Positions 1 to 8,737 of a stretch of DNA of 64,000 bases are shown one piece after another. Below the pieces are notes generated by a model. That model was given only the letters and a program-made list of their open reading frames with translations. It was not told the origin of the DNA and did not search any database. This DNA is from a virus, in IMG/VR virus record IMGVR_UViG_3300017748_000001, positions 1 through 64,000 of that record; one strand, 5' to 3'. Positions within the stretch are counted from its first letter, which is position 1, and each line of letters starts with the position of its first letter. Both the position numbers and the translations under genes were made by a program.

Positions 1-1421
1 AAGTTGTAGACCTCAAAAGGAATTCCAACTCTCTTACAGAATGTTGCGAGAACGATAGTCTGCTTGACAGTGTTAAGAACAGTAGATCCCATAGATCCGC
101 TCCAGTCTACTACCATAACCATGCCGTGATTCTTGCCATCCGGAGTGTTGGTCTTGCGAAGGAAAATATCCTCATTGACCTGATAACTCCATAACTTAGA
201 AGTGTTGATCGCACCAGTCTTGGCTTCTGAACTCAGTGCCTGAGCGCGAGCAGCCTTCTTCATTTCGAATTCTTTTACGAGATAAGAAATAGTCTTTGAG
301 TTTTCTGAGATCAGTTCTTTGAGAGAAGGAAATTTTAAATCTGGCGCATCGGCGTGACTAAATTGTTGACGATGAACTACATCCAACGCAGAGATTTGAT
401 GTTCAAAATCTGACTGAACTTCTTTGTAATCGTGAATGTAGTCCGAGAACTCGTAGTTGTGGTGAAGATTAATATACACACTTTCGCGGGCATTCTCATT
501 GACCATATCTTTGAGGTTGTCTTCTAAAGACTGACTGGTTTCTGAAGAGAATTCGTCAATGCGAATGCTGGTTTGTTGGCCATCTTGCGGATTTGATTTA
601 TCGTCGGAAGATGTTGTAGACTTCTGCTCTTTTTGATTGGTTTCTTCTCCGTTAGATTCTTCTGAAGATTCTTCTGGAGTTTCATCCGATTCTTCTTCTC
701 CCTCTCCGGATGCAGAAGTCTCATCAAATTCGGTCGCATCTTCATCAGAAGGCATTTCCTGAGTCTCGCCATCTTGAGGTTCGTTGTCGCCCCCAGACTC
801 GGAGGGAGACATTTGTTGCTGAGGTTGCTCCTCTTGCTTCTCTTTTAGATACTTGTAAAGATCTTCGCAGATATCCGCAACTTCAGAATAAGTTTCTGCG
901 TCATCTATTCTACGAATGAATAACATTTCTTCTGAATTGAAGATTGATGGTGCGTATAGGTTTAACGCATATCGCAACTTAAAGAAGAGATTGATGCGGT
1001 CAATGAAATTACGAGATTGAATAGGTTGACCCTTAAGACTGAAAAAGTCTCTATCATAAAGATCTTGATACGCATTCTTGAAGGGAGCCTGAAGACCTTG
1101 AAACTTTCGCTTCATTAACTTCTCAATTCGAGCATCTTCCACTACGTTAAGAAACGCATGGTTGGATCGCTTCATAGCGTCTTCTAGAACTTCTAGATCA
1201 CTTGGAGTGTATAGTGCGTGAGCAACTTCATGACCAACAAAAAGGTCATATATATCAGGAGTATATGATTCATCTTTCCAGATAGGAAGAAGTAAGAGTC
1301 GAGTCTCAACATTGAAACTTGCTGTCACAACTTCTGAGGAGTGTTCGACGCGAATGTTTTCTTCCGCAAGTAGACGAGCAAGAAGACTCTTGGAATTCTT
1401 GGAGACGGTAACTTCGGTCAT
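1..1421 (-). CDS. HExxH metallopeptidase-like plus vWA (CobT-like) protein, 3'-partial
   Basis: Not in the ORF track because it runs off the window. Manual translation from ATG 1421: MTEVTVSKNSKSLLARLLAEENIRV...LFVGHEVAHALYTP...NVVEDARIE, then an acidic spacer, then MVMVVDWSGSM (MIDAS DxSxS). The frame stays open to base 1. Confidence 0.85.
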   Translation of the reverse strand, partial: MTEVTVSKNSKSLLARLLAEENIRVEHSSEVVTASFNVETRLLLLPIWKDESYTPDIYDLFVGHEVAHALYTPSDLEVLEDAMKRSNHAFLNVVEDARIEKLMKRKFQGLQAPFKNAYQDLYDRDFFSLKGQPIQSRNFIDRINLFFKLRYALNLYAPSIFNSEEMLFIRRIDDAETYSEVADICEDLYKYLKEKQEEQPQQQMSPSESGGDNEPQDGETQEMPSDEDATEFDETSASGEGEEESDETPEESSEESNGEETNQKEQKSTTSSDDKSNPQDGQQTSIRIDEFSSETSQSLEDNLKDMVNENARESVYINLHHNYEFSDYIHDYKEVQSDFEHQISALDVVHRQQFSHADAPDLKFPSLKELISENSKTISYLVKEFEMKKAARAQALSSEAKTGAINTSKLWSYQVNEDIFLRKTNTPDGKNHGMVMVVDWSGSMGSTVLNTVKQTIVLATFCKRVGIPFEVYN

Positions 1422-1450
1422 TTGGTTCTCTATCAACAAACTATACAGCT

Positions 1451-1479
1451 ATGCTAAGGGGCTAGATGGCAATTGTCAA
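1451..1479 (-). promoter_or_regulatory. sigma70-type (early) promoter
   Basis: TTGACA (1479-1474), 17 nt, TAGCAT (1456-1451), upstream of ATG 1421. Confidence 0.65.
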
Positions 1480-1532
1480 CTGTTTATTTGGCGATTTAGT
1501 AGAACTTTTTGGAATATCGATAGAACTTTTAG

Positions 1533-2372
1533 TTATAAATCCTTTTTATGCCAGTCTCTGCAGACATCCATCATTCTTTTGCGTCCTAAAAAATTAATAT
1601 CTGGATCATCCAATAAAACCTCAAATATCTTAGGTATGCCCGCATTAAGATGTAAATTTTCATGGTTCTTAATAGTAAACATTTCTAATTCTGGGAAATC
1701 CGCTCGAACTGGTTCTTTTTGACGAGGGCGATTTAGTTGAGGCCAAGTTTTATTCCAAAACAATTCCCTCACTTTAGGATCAAGATATGGAGTAACATGA
1801 ATTTTATTATATTTTTCTACAAGATTTGTGTGTTGACTTAAACCAGCACAATCTCCATCAAGATATGCAGTTCTAAACTGACTCCAAGTTACTCTTGGAG
1901 TGCCCGAAGGATTTTTTCTATGAACTTTTATATACTTCTTTGTTGTCGATATATCTCTGTATCTCTTGTATGCCTTTTTCCCTGGCTGAAAGTAACCATC
2001 AGAACCCCATCCAGTCAAAACATATTTTTGTTTTACTTCTGGATAAACATACAAAAATGGAAATACACACTCAAAGTGAGTCTTTTTTCTACATCCATGA
2101 TCTACAAGAATTTTCCAGTCATCTAGTAAATTTTCAGTTGGAACTTCTATGACAGAACAATCCCATCCCATCTTATCAGAAACTTCTTTTGCCTTAAGAG
2201 AATCATATGAAGGAGAATTTTTGAGATTAAATGTGTACGCAAAAATTCTTTTCCCTACATCTTGAGCTGCGATGGCCACAGATATAGAATCAACTCCACC
2301 AGACAACATAACTGCAACTTCACTTTCTGGCACATTGTTCTTAATGTGATCCTGCAGTATTTTTCTAATCAT
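1533..2372 (-). CDS. Asparagine-synthetase-like ATP-dependent amide ligase (synthetase domain only)
   Basis: PP-loop MLSGGVDS, LTGWGSDGYF (cf. GEGADELF) and TPYLD (cf. VPFLD). At 279 aa it has no N-terminal glutaminase domain. Confidence 0.8.
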   Translation of the reverse strand: MIRKILQDHIKNNVPESEVAVMLSGGVDSISVAIAAQDVGKRIFAYTFNLKNSPSYDSLKAKEVSDKMGWDCSVIEVPTENLLDDWKILVDHGCRKKTHFECVFPFLYVYPEVKQKYVLTGWGSDGYFQPGKKAYKRYRDISTTKKYIKVHRKNPSGTPRVTWSQFRTAYLDGDCAGLSQHTNLVEKYNKIHVTPYLDPKVRELFWNKTWPQLNRPRQKEPVRADFPELEMFTIKNHENLHLNAGIPKIFEVLLDDPDINFLGRKRMMDVCRDWHKKDL

Positions 2373-3891
2373 TAGCTAATCTTATTGGGGATGATCCGTG
2401 ACTTCGGTTTTCCTTTCTGGTCTCGACATAAGTATCAAAAGGATCAGAAGTGTAACTTTCCTTGTATGACAATTTACCATGGCCTTTTTCATAATCGCCG
2501 GTATGAAGTCTTTCGGGGTCAATTTCCGTTCCGGCTGGAGTCATCCAATCCTGACTTACTGCTGCCTCTGTTTTTTCATTATCGCTAACTACCCTAGGGC
2601 CGCGTTTTATCAAAAATTCTTCTATTTTAAAATTCTCAGTTAATAATTCGTTGCATTTTCGGGCATTTCCCATTTGTATTCCGGTTATTAATTTTTTATA
2701 CTGACTTTCTACTGAGCTTCCTGTCTTTGTAGTAGTGTACTTCTTTTTAGATTTCCAGAGTTTATTGTGCTCCTTAGTCAGCTTATCATAAAGTGCATTG
2801 AGATTTTTTTCTGGAATTACATATCCGTCGAGATACCAATATTTATAGATGTGGTAAAGATGTTGAATAACTATCTTATTCTTAATTCCCAGATATCGAC
2901 AAGAGCCTCTTTTATTTTTAGTTTTGAAAATTATGTCATCGAAAAAATGGTTAATAAACTTAATTGCAGCATTAACTTCCGAATCTTCCAGTTTATCTAT
3001 TTGGTAAATAAGGTCAAGTTTTTTGTTGGTTACTGCGGCCTTTGTCCAATCATAAATAAACATCCAAAGTAATTGTGCAAACCAAGCATCTGCCTTTCTC
3101 ATTGTCAATGCGTTATCGGTAAACCACTTACACCCTTCCTTTATAAGATATTCTTTGTATTTCTTTGGCAGTTCTCTAACCTTTTCTGCAACATAAGATG
3201 TAGAGGTGTTTCTGAACAGTTCTTTAGTAAAATGAACTCCCTCATTAATAGACCTACATATGCTAGAACATTTTTCGCGGCCAATATTAGTGAATACTAC
3301 AGTCGATATTTCGATGTGATTATGAAGATGATATTTCATCTTTTCGTCTAAAGTCGAGTATTTATCACAACTTTCGTCAACCTGTATAAGTTCGTATTTA
3401 TTGTCTGGAGTTATAACCTGATATGTCCCATGAGGAACAGTTATCTTGTCATGAATAAATCCAAGTAAAATTTTACCTTCATTTTCACCAGACGTAACAG
3501 AAGAGCCAGAAACGGTGCCAAGGGTCTCTTGTCTATTCCAAGAGTCTAAAACCATATATCCACCAGAAATACCTTCAGGAAACTTTTTTATCCACTTTTT
3601 CCAGTACTCTATATCTTCTTTTTTGTTGGCCTTCACAGCCGCTTCCCAACAACTCACAATACACGCAAATACAAAAGAAGTCACCGCGCTTCCGGACAGT
3701 AAACTTCTAATATATGCTTCAGCGTCTTTTTGAGACCAACGTCCAGAGCCACCATTTTTACTAGGAAAATCCGAATTAGCTTGATATGCTGGATCTGAAA
3801 GTAATGCAAGTGTTGCACATACATTAATATATTGTAAAAAAGTTAAAACTTCTTTTTTAGAATTTGAATAAAGATTGGTTTCGCTTTTCAT
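2365..3891 (-). CDS. DUF262 (ParB/Srx-fold, GmrSD-like) protein with degenerate C-terminal HNH-like motif
   Basis: WSQKDAEAYIRSLLSG...YMVLDSWNRQETL resembles the DUF262 DGQQR motif; the C-terminus GH...TRKENRSHG resembles HNH. Start moved to ATG 3891, which overlaps the upstream TGA (ATGA). Confidence 0.55.
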   Translation of the reverse strand: MKSETNLYSNSKKEVLTFLQYINVCATLALLSDPAYQANSDFPSKNGGSGRWSQKDAEAYIRSLLSGSAVTSFVFACIVSCWEAAVKANKKEDIEYWKKWIKKFPEGISGGYMVLDSWNRQETLGTVSGSSVTSGENEGKILLGFIHDKITVPHGTYQVITPDNKYELIQVDESCDKYSTLDEKMKYHLHNHIEISTVVFTNIGREKCSSICRSINEGVHFTKELFRNTSTSYVAEKVRELPKKYKEYLIKEGCKWFTDNALTMRKADAWFAQLLWMFIYDWTKAAVTNKKLDLIYQIDKLEDSEVNAAIKFINHFFDDIIFKTKNKRGSCRYLGIKNKIVIQHLYHIYKYWYLDGYVIPEKNLNALYDKLTKEHNKLWKSKKKYTTTKTGSSVESQYKKLITGIQMGNARKCNELLTENFKIEEFLIKRGPRVVSDNEKTEAAVSQDWMTPAGTEIDPERLHTGDYEKGHGKLSYKESYTSDPFDTYVETRKENRSHGSSPIRLAND

Positions 3892-4574
3892 TTTATAGCA
3901 ATTGCTCCTACAAATAAGTGGTTTCTCCAAAAAGGTTGGACTTCTTGAAATCCTGCTTCATACATCATGGATAGTAGATCGTCCCAGTGCATTGGTTTCA
4001 GCATGGATCTCAAAGTATACTCTTTATCCATAATATCTTCACAAGAAAACTCTTTTCTTTTGTGGTCATAAAAGAGGAATGTGAGTATCTGTTCTAGTTC
4101 TGGAGATGAGGCATAAGTCTTCTCAGAAAAAACGAATGCTCCGCCGGGAAGAAGAGAATCATATATTGAATCCAGAATAGATTGTCGATCTCGTTTTGGA
4201 ATAAACTGCAAAGTAAATATACTCGTTATGAATGAAGAGTCAACAGGAAATATAAAGTTTCTCACATCTTGAAAATGTAAACTGAGATTAGAATCAATAT
4301 ATTCTTCTTCTCTAGATTTCATATCTTCCGCAAATCCATCTGCATTTTCAACTCCATGATACTGTGCGTTAGGAGCCGATTCCTTATTCTGGTCAATCAT
4401 TGCCCCCAGAGTTTTTCCAGTAGAACAACCAATATCAACTACACTAGTATCATTTTCTACAAAGTATCTAGACATTGCAACTATATCATCATGAAGCGAT
4501 GAATAGTGACGAATAGATGCATCTATGTGAGCATCAAATCCTTCTTTTCTGTGTGCAAAAGTAAAGTCTGCCAA
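3888..4574 (-). CDS. cmoA: CmoA-like carboxy-S-adenosylmethionine synthase (class I SAM fold)
   Basis: FTF..FD.HI..SI..Y, VVDIGCSTG, FTLQF, PGGAFVFSEK, HKR and AGF..V..FW match E. coli CmoA as I recall it, over the full length. TTG start directly after the MTase stop, with a GGAG SD. Confidence 0.8.
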   Translation of the reverse strand: MADFTFAHRKEGFDAHIDASIRHYSSLHDDIVAMSRYFVENDTSVVDIGCSTGKTLGAMIDQNKESAPNAQYHGVENADGFAEDMKSREEEYIDSNLSLHFQDVRNFIFPVDSSFITSIFTLQFIPKRDRQSILDSIYDSLLPGGAFVFSEKTYASSPELEQILTFLFYDHKRKEFSCEDIMDKEYTLRSMLKPMHWDDLLSMMYEAGFQEVQPFWRNHLFVGAIAIK

Positions 4575-5762
4575 TTAAATTTTCTCCAATACATTTTCAT
4601 AGATAGACGCAGCAATTGACTGCATCATTTTTGGCGGAACCATTCTACCAATTCTTTCTGATTTCTGGTTCCATTTTCCGGTCAACTTAAAGTCATCAGG
4701 TAAACTCTGAATCCTCTTCAATTCGCCCAGAGTGAGTTTTCTAGGTTCTGCCCAATGGAATGCACCTGCTGTGGTGTCATTACTCCCCATCGCCGTTAGC
4801 GTGGGTGCTGGGGCGTATCTGGATACTCTTTTGAGGTTAAAGTGGTGTCCCTTCGGATGATAGTCCATTCCAGTCAAAACTTTCTTCGGATCGTCTTCCA
4901 TCTTACTTCCGGTCTGTAACCAATACGCAGTTTTACTAAACTTCTCTGTGAGATAATCAACTTCTTCTTGGTCATATTCTAAATCTATCAGAGCGTCCAT
5001 CAGGGGAATTACATCTCTAGATGGTTGTGGGAAAATATTTCCAACAGTCATAAAATTAAGACCAGCCTTCTCAGTAATGTCATTTCTAACACCGATAAAG
5101 ATGACCCTAGTTCTTGTCTGAGAAACACCATAGTATCTTGCGTCCATGACTTGAGATGAAACATCATATCCTATCTTTTCGAACTCGTTAAGAATTTTAT
5201 TATAGTATTGTTTCGCCTCGCCAATGGTTAGTCCTTTAACATTCTCCGCAACAATAACTTTTGGCTTGATGTCATTTGCAACTCTAAGGAACTCAAAGAA
5301 AAGATCTTCGATATTCTCTACCATCTTCCCATCAGAATAATTCTTGGTCTGACCCCAGCCATCGGAATGTTTTCCAGACACATTGACTATAGTTGTTTCT
5401 CCAAATAGATCAACCATCTCTTCCTTTTTAACATTGTGAGATAGTTTCCCTGCAACCGAAAATGCGGAACACGGTGGCGAACCGTCAAGGATATCTAACT
5501 CGCCTACATCCAATCCGACAATATCCAGAAAGTCTGATCCACTCAACTCTTTAATATCATTAGGTAGTATAGGAGTATTTGGGTAGTTTTCTGCATAGGT
5601 ATTTTGTGCTTCTTCGACAAATTCGTTCACACACAATACATTACCGCCAGCTAGACGATAACCAGTACTAGAACCACCGCCTCCTGCAAATGTGGATATG
5701 ACGTTAAACTTATTTTGTGCGGATGCAGTAAATACATCCTTAAGGGTATAAGGCTGATACAT
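4575..5762 (-). CDS. C5-cytosine DNA methyltransferase family enzyme, probable carboxymethyltransferase
   Basis: Motif I FAGGGG, IV GSPPC, VI ENV, VIII YGVSQTRTR; motif X is GRMVPP instead of GN(A/S)VP. Start placed at ATG 5762 from the promoter geometry (alternatives 5771 and 5798). Confidence 0.9.
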   Translation of the reverse strand: MYQPYTLKDVFTASAQNKFNVISTFAGGGGSSTGYRLAGGNVLCVNEFVEEAQNTYAENYPNTPILPNDIKELSGSDFLDIVGLDVGELDILDGSPPCSAFSVAGKLSHNVKKEEMVDLFGETTIVNVSGKHSDGWGQTKNYSDGKMVENIEDLFFEFLRVANDIKPKVIVAENVKGLTIGEAKQYYNKILNEFEKIGYDVSSQVMDARYYGVSQTRTRVIFIGVRNDITEKAGLNFMTVGNIFPQPSRDVIPLMDALIDLEYDQEEVDYLTEKFSKTAYWLQTGSKMEDDPKKVLTGMDYHPKGHHFNLKRVSRYAPAPTLTAMGSNDTTAGAFHWAEPRKLTLGELKRIQSLPDDFKLTGKWNQKSERIGRMVPPKMMQSIAASIYENVLEKI

Positions 5763-5769
5763 AGTATTC

Positions 5770-5798
5770 ATTATCTCAAATTTTTTAGTCGTTGTCAA
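5770..5798 (-). promoter_or_regulatory. sigma70-type promoter of the modification operon (probably leaderless)
   Basis: TTGACA (5798-5793), 17 nt, GATAAT (5775-5770), 7 nt, ATG 5762. Confidence 0.7.
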
Positions 5799-5973
5799 GT
5801 TTTATTTCTACCGAGAAATTGTTGATATATTCTTTCATAAATCTACGGATCTCTCTGGATGCACTTGAGTCGTTTAGTTCGCACAGGGCAATAAACTTTT
5901 TCTTCTCTTCTTTATTGACTTTTATTAGCAGAGTAGAATCTTTTTTCTTAATGTCCAGATCTATTCCATCCAT
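5785..5973 (-). CDS. Small ribbon-helix-helix (CopG-like) DNA-binding protein
   Basis: LLIKVNKEEKKKFIALCELNDSSASREIRRFMKEYI fits the strand-helix-helix pattern; TAATG overlap with the gp46 stop. Confidence 0.6.
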   Translation of the reverse strand: MDGIDLDIKKKDSTLLIKVNKEEKKKFIALCELNDSSASREIRRFMKEYINNFSVEIKLDND

Positions 5974-7691
5974 TACTTCTCTTCCACTATCCTACTGAAG
6001 TTTTTGACTTTATCGAACTTGATGATGCTTCGGAACTTATCATACAGAATCTCTCCCTTGTGAGATATGACAAAGACATTATTTCCGCCAAGTTGATTAA
6101 GAAGTTTTAAGAACTCATCTGTTCCATTACTATCTAATGAACTATCAAATACTTCATCTAATATCAAAAGATTTGTATTTACACTATTCTTCATCTTCGC
6201 AACTTCTCTCCAAGTGAACAGTAAAGCCAAGTCGATTCGCATCTTCTCACCTTCTGAGAATGAACTATAAGAAAAGTTTTCTCTATTACGAGACTTGATG
6301 TTTTCTGAGAAGTTTTCATCCATCGTAAAGTTAACATAGAAATCCATTTGATGAAGATACTTGTTTATCAAACCATTCATAATAGGAAGATAGTACTTGA
6401 TGATAGAAGTCTTGATGCCACCATCCTTAAGAAGTGTAGAGGCAACATTTAAGTATTCTCTTTCTTCCAGAAGTTCTTCTCGCAAATTTTCTATCTTTTC
6501 TTTTTTATCTATAAACTTTTTTAGTTCCTTTCGCATCTTTGTAGTAGATGTATCCGTGGATTCAAGTTCTTCTACTTCTCTTTCATAATCCTTTATAGAA
6601 CTCTTCAGGCCTTTATTATGAGAAGTCTTTTCAGATATATCTGCAGTAAGATTAGATACCTTAGTTTGGGTGTTCAATAAGTCATCCATTCTTGCATTGA
6701 TGACTTCATACTCACTCTTAAAATCTTCTAGAGCTTGTTCTATTTCTTTTTGTTTATCCTTTCTTTCCGAAATCATCATTTCTTTGTGTGATGAATCGAC
6801 ATCCTGTTTACAAGTAGGACAATTATCAATATCGCGAAAAAACTCTTGATCTGTTTTAAGGGACTTAATCTTGGAAGTCAGTCCAGCACTAATACTATCC
6901 ATCTTGGATATTTTCTTTTGTACTGGTTTCAATTCGACAAGTGTATCATTTAACATACCGATCTTTGCATTAAGTTTTTCTACACAAGAATCATTATCAT
7001 CAATTTTTAATTGATATTCTTCTATCTTCTTCTTCGATGACTGTATGAGTTTCTTTCGGTCTTTCTTTATCTCTTCTATACTAGATTCTTGCAAATGAAT
7101 CTGATTATCTATGATGTTTCTTTCATTACTATTTTCTTTGACACTCTCTTTATGATCTATTAATCTAGATTTGAGTATCTCGTTCATAGAAGAAAATATC
7201 TTAATGTCCAGTAGATCTTCAATAATGTCTCTTCGGTCTTTTGCCGATAGTTGCATAAACGGAACAAAAGTTGCAGAACCTAGTATCACTGTTTGAGTGA
7301 AAGACTTGAAGTTAAGTTTGAGGATATTGTCTTCGAGATATTTTTGATAATCTTTTATCTTTGAATCTTGATTGATCATCTTTTTATTATGATATATCTC
7401 AAAGATGCCGGGCTTGATACCTCTACGAATCTTATACTGAGTCTTCCCTACCTTAAACTCAATCTCAATAAGACAATCTTTCTCATTAACTGAATTGGGG
7501 AGTTGTGGTTTGTTTATCTTACGGAAAGGTTTCCCAAACAATCCAAATGTTAGAGCGTCTAGAACAGTAGATTTTCCTGCTCCGTTTGCTCCAAGAATTA
7601 ATGTGGTAGGGGATTTGTCAAATAATATTTCAGTAAAATTGTCTCCAGTGGAAAGAAAATTCTTCCACCGTATTTTTTGAAATTCTAACAC
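5973..7691 (-). CDS. 46: Recombination endonuclease ATPase subunit (T4 gp46, Rad50/SbcC-like)
   Basis: Walker A GANGAGKS, zinc hook CPTC, signature FSEGE, Walker B LLILDEVFDSSLD. Confidence 0.95.
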   Translation of the reverse strand: MLEFQKIRWKNFLSTGDNFTEILFDKSPTTLILGANGAGKSTVLDALTFGLFGKPFRKINKPQLPNSVNEKDCLIEIEFKVGKTQYKIRRGIKPGIFEIYHNKKMINQDSKIKDYQKYLEDNILKLNFKSFTQTVILGSATFVPFMQLSAKDRRDIIEDLLDIKIFSSMNEILKSRLIDHKESVKENSNERNIIDNQIHLQESSIEEIKKDRKKLIQSSKKKIEEYQLKIDDNDSCVEKLNAKIGMLNDTLVELKPVQKKISKMDSISAGLTSKIKSLKTDQEFFRDIDNCPTCKQDVDSSHKEMMISERKDKQKEIEQALEDFKSEYEVINARMDDLLNTQTKVSNLTADISEKTSHNKGLKSSIKDYEREVEELESTDTSTTKMRKELKKFIDKKEKIENLREELLEEREYLNVASTLLKDGGIKTSIIKYYLPIMNGLINKYLHQMDFYVNFTMDENFSENIKSRNRENFSYSSFSEGEKMRIDLALLFTWREVAKMKNSVNTNLLILDEVFDSSLDSNGTDEFLKLLNQLGGNNVFVISHKGEILYDKFRSIIKFDKVKNFSRIVEEK

Positions 7692-8737
7692 TACGCAGGC
7701 TCTCTTAATGCAGTAATATATAAATCTTGAATCAAACCTTTAAGTCGATTCTTATCCAAATCTAAGTTATAGTCATCTATGTATCCGGAGAGAAGAGACA
7801 TAGTATCTTCTATAGATTGTGTCTCATCCATTCCTTCAAACTCGTATGTATCGTCAACTACAGATACATCAACGACATCGTTGTTGTATAATTCATCTAT
7901 CAGATTATCCAATAAATGTTGTTTTGTCTTATTTTTAACGATCACTTTAACATATTTTTTATTGTATGTCGAGTAATTTATTTGGCCGAGTTTTTCTTCA
8001 TCATAAAAGATCTTATGAAACATACGATATGGATTCTGAATGAATTCTATCTCGTTTGTGTCTGTATCATATATGTGGAAACCTCTAGGATCGTTGTAAT
8101 CAATCCAAGTTGTTTCGTAGGGGCTTCCAAGGTAATGAATATTTCCATTGTTTGATTTGTGATGGAAATGGCCAGAGCAAACCAATTCGAACTTTCGAAA
8201 CATACCAATGTCAAAACCATCTTCGCACTTGATACCGCGACTCATTTCAAATCCGGCTATCTCCAAATGACCAAAGAGAGTTGTTGCTTCAGAGTCCCTG
8301 ATATGAGTTTTGCATATATCATAGTTTCCAGAATTAATCCACGGCATGAAACAAATATCTCTGCCGTCGAAATTGAGAGTTTCTGGATCAGTATAAACTT
8401 TAGGAGCATACTCATGATTGAAGTCTATCAGTTCATTCATAGAATTGATATCATTCGTATTCTTAAAATAGGTATCATGATTTCCGATAATGATATGAGT
8501 TTCTATCTTATCATTTTGCAATCTTTTCATGAAACGAGTATTCATCCCATGAAGGATATTGAAGTTGATAAACTTTCGTCTATCCACAACATCCCCCAAA
8601 TGAATCATCGTAGTAATATTGTTCTCTGACAGATATGGAAAAAACACATTGTCATAGAACTCCATCATGTAATCAAAGAAGACTAGGGAATCCCCCCTAG
8701 CTCCAAAATGAGTATCAGTCAAGAGGGCTATTTTCAT
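7691..8737 (-). CDS. 47: Recombination endonuclease nuclease subunit (T4 gp47, Mre11/SbcD-like)
   Basis: DTHFG, GDVVD, GNHD, GH and SGHFH phosphoesterase motifs; start placed at MKIALLTD (ATG 8737). Confidence 0.95.
   Translation of the reverse strand: MKIALLTDTHFGARGDSLVFFDYMMEFYDNVFFPYLSENNITTMIHLGDVVDRRKFINFNILHGMNTRFMKRLQNDKIETHIIIGNHDTYFKNTNDINSMNELIDFNHEYAPKVYTDPETLNFDGRDICFMPWINSGNYDICKTHIRDSEATTLFGHLEIAGFEMSRGIKCEDGFDIGMFRKFELVCSGHFHHKSNNGNIHYLGSPYETTWIDYNDPRGFHIYDTDTNEIEFIQNPYRMFHKIFYDEEKLGQINYSTYNKKYVKVIVKNKTKQHLLDNLIDELYNNDVVDVSVVDDTYEFEGMDETQSIEDTMSLLSGYIDDYNLDLDKNRLKGLIQDLYITALREPA

Noticed and set aside
524-919. ORF-track entries 524..772 (-) and 710..919 (+)
   Set aside because: They are alternative-frame or antisense shadows of the long HExxH/vWA gene, which the track missed
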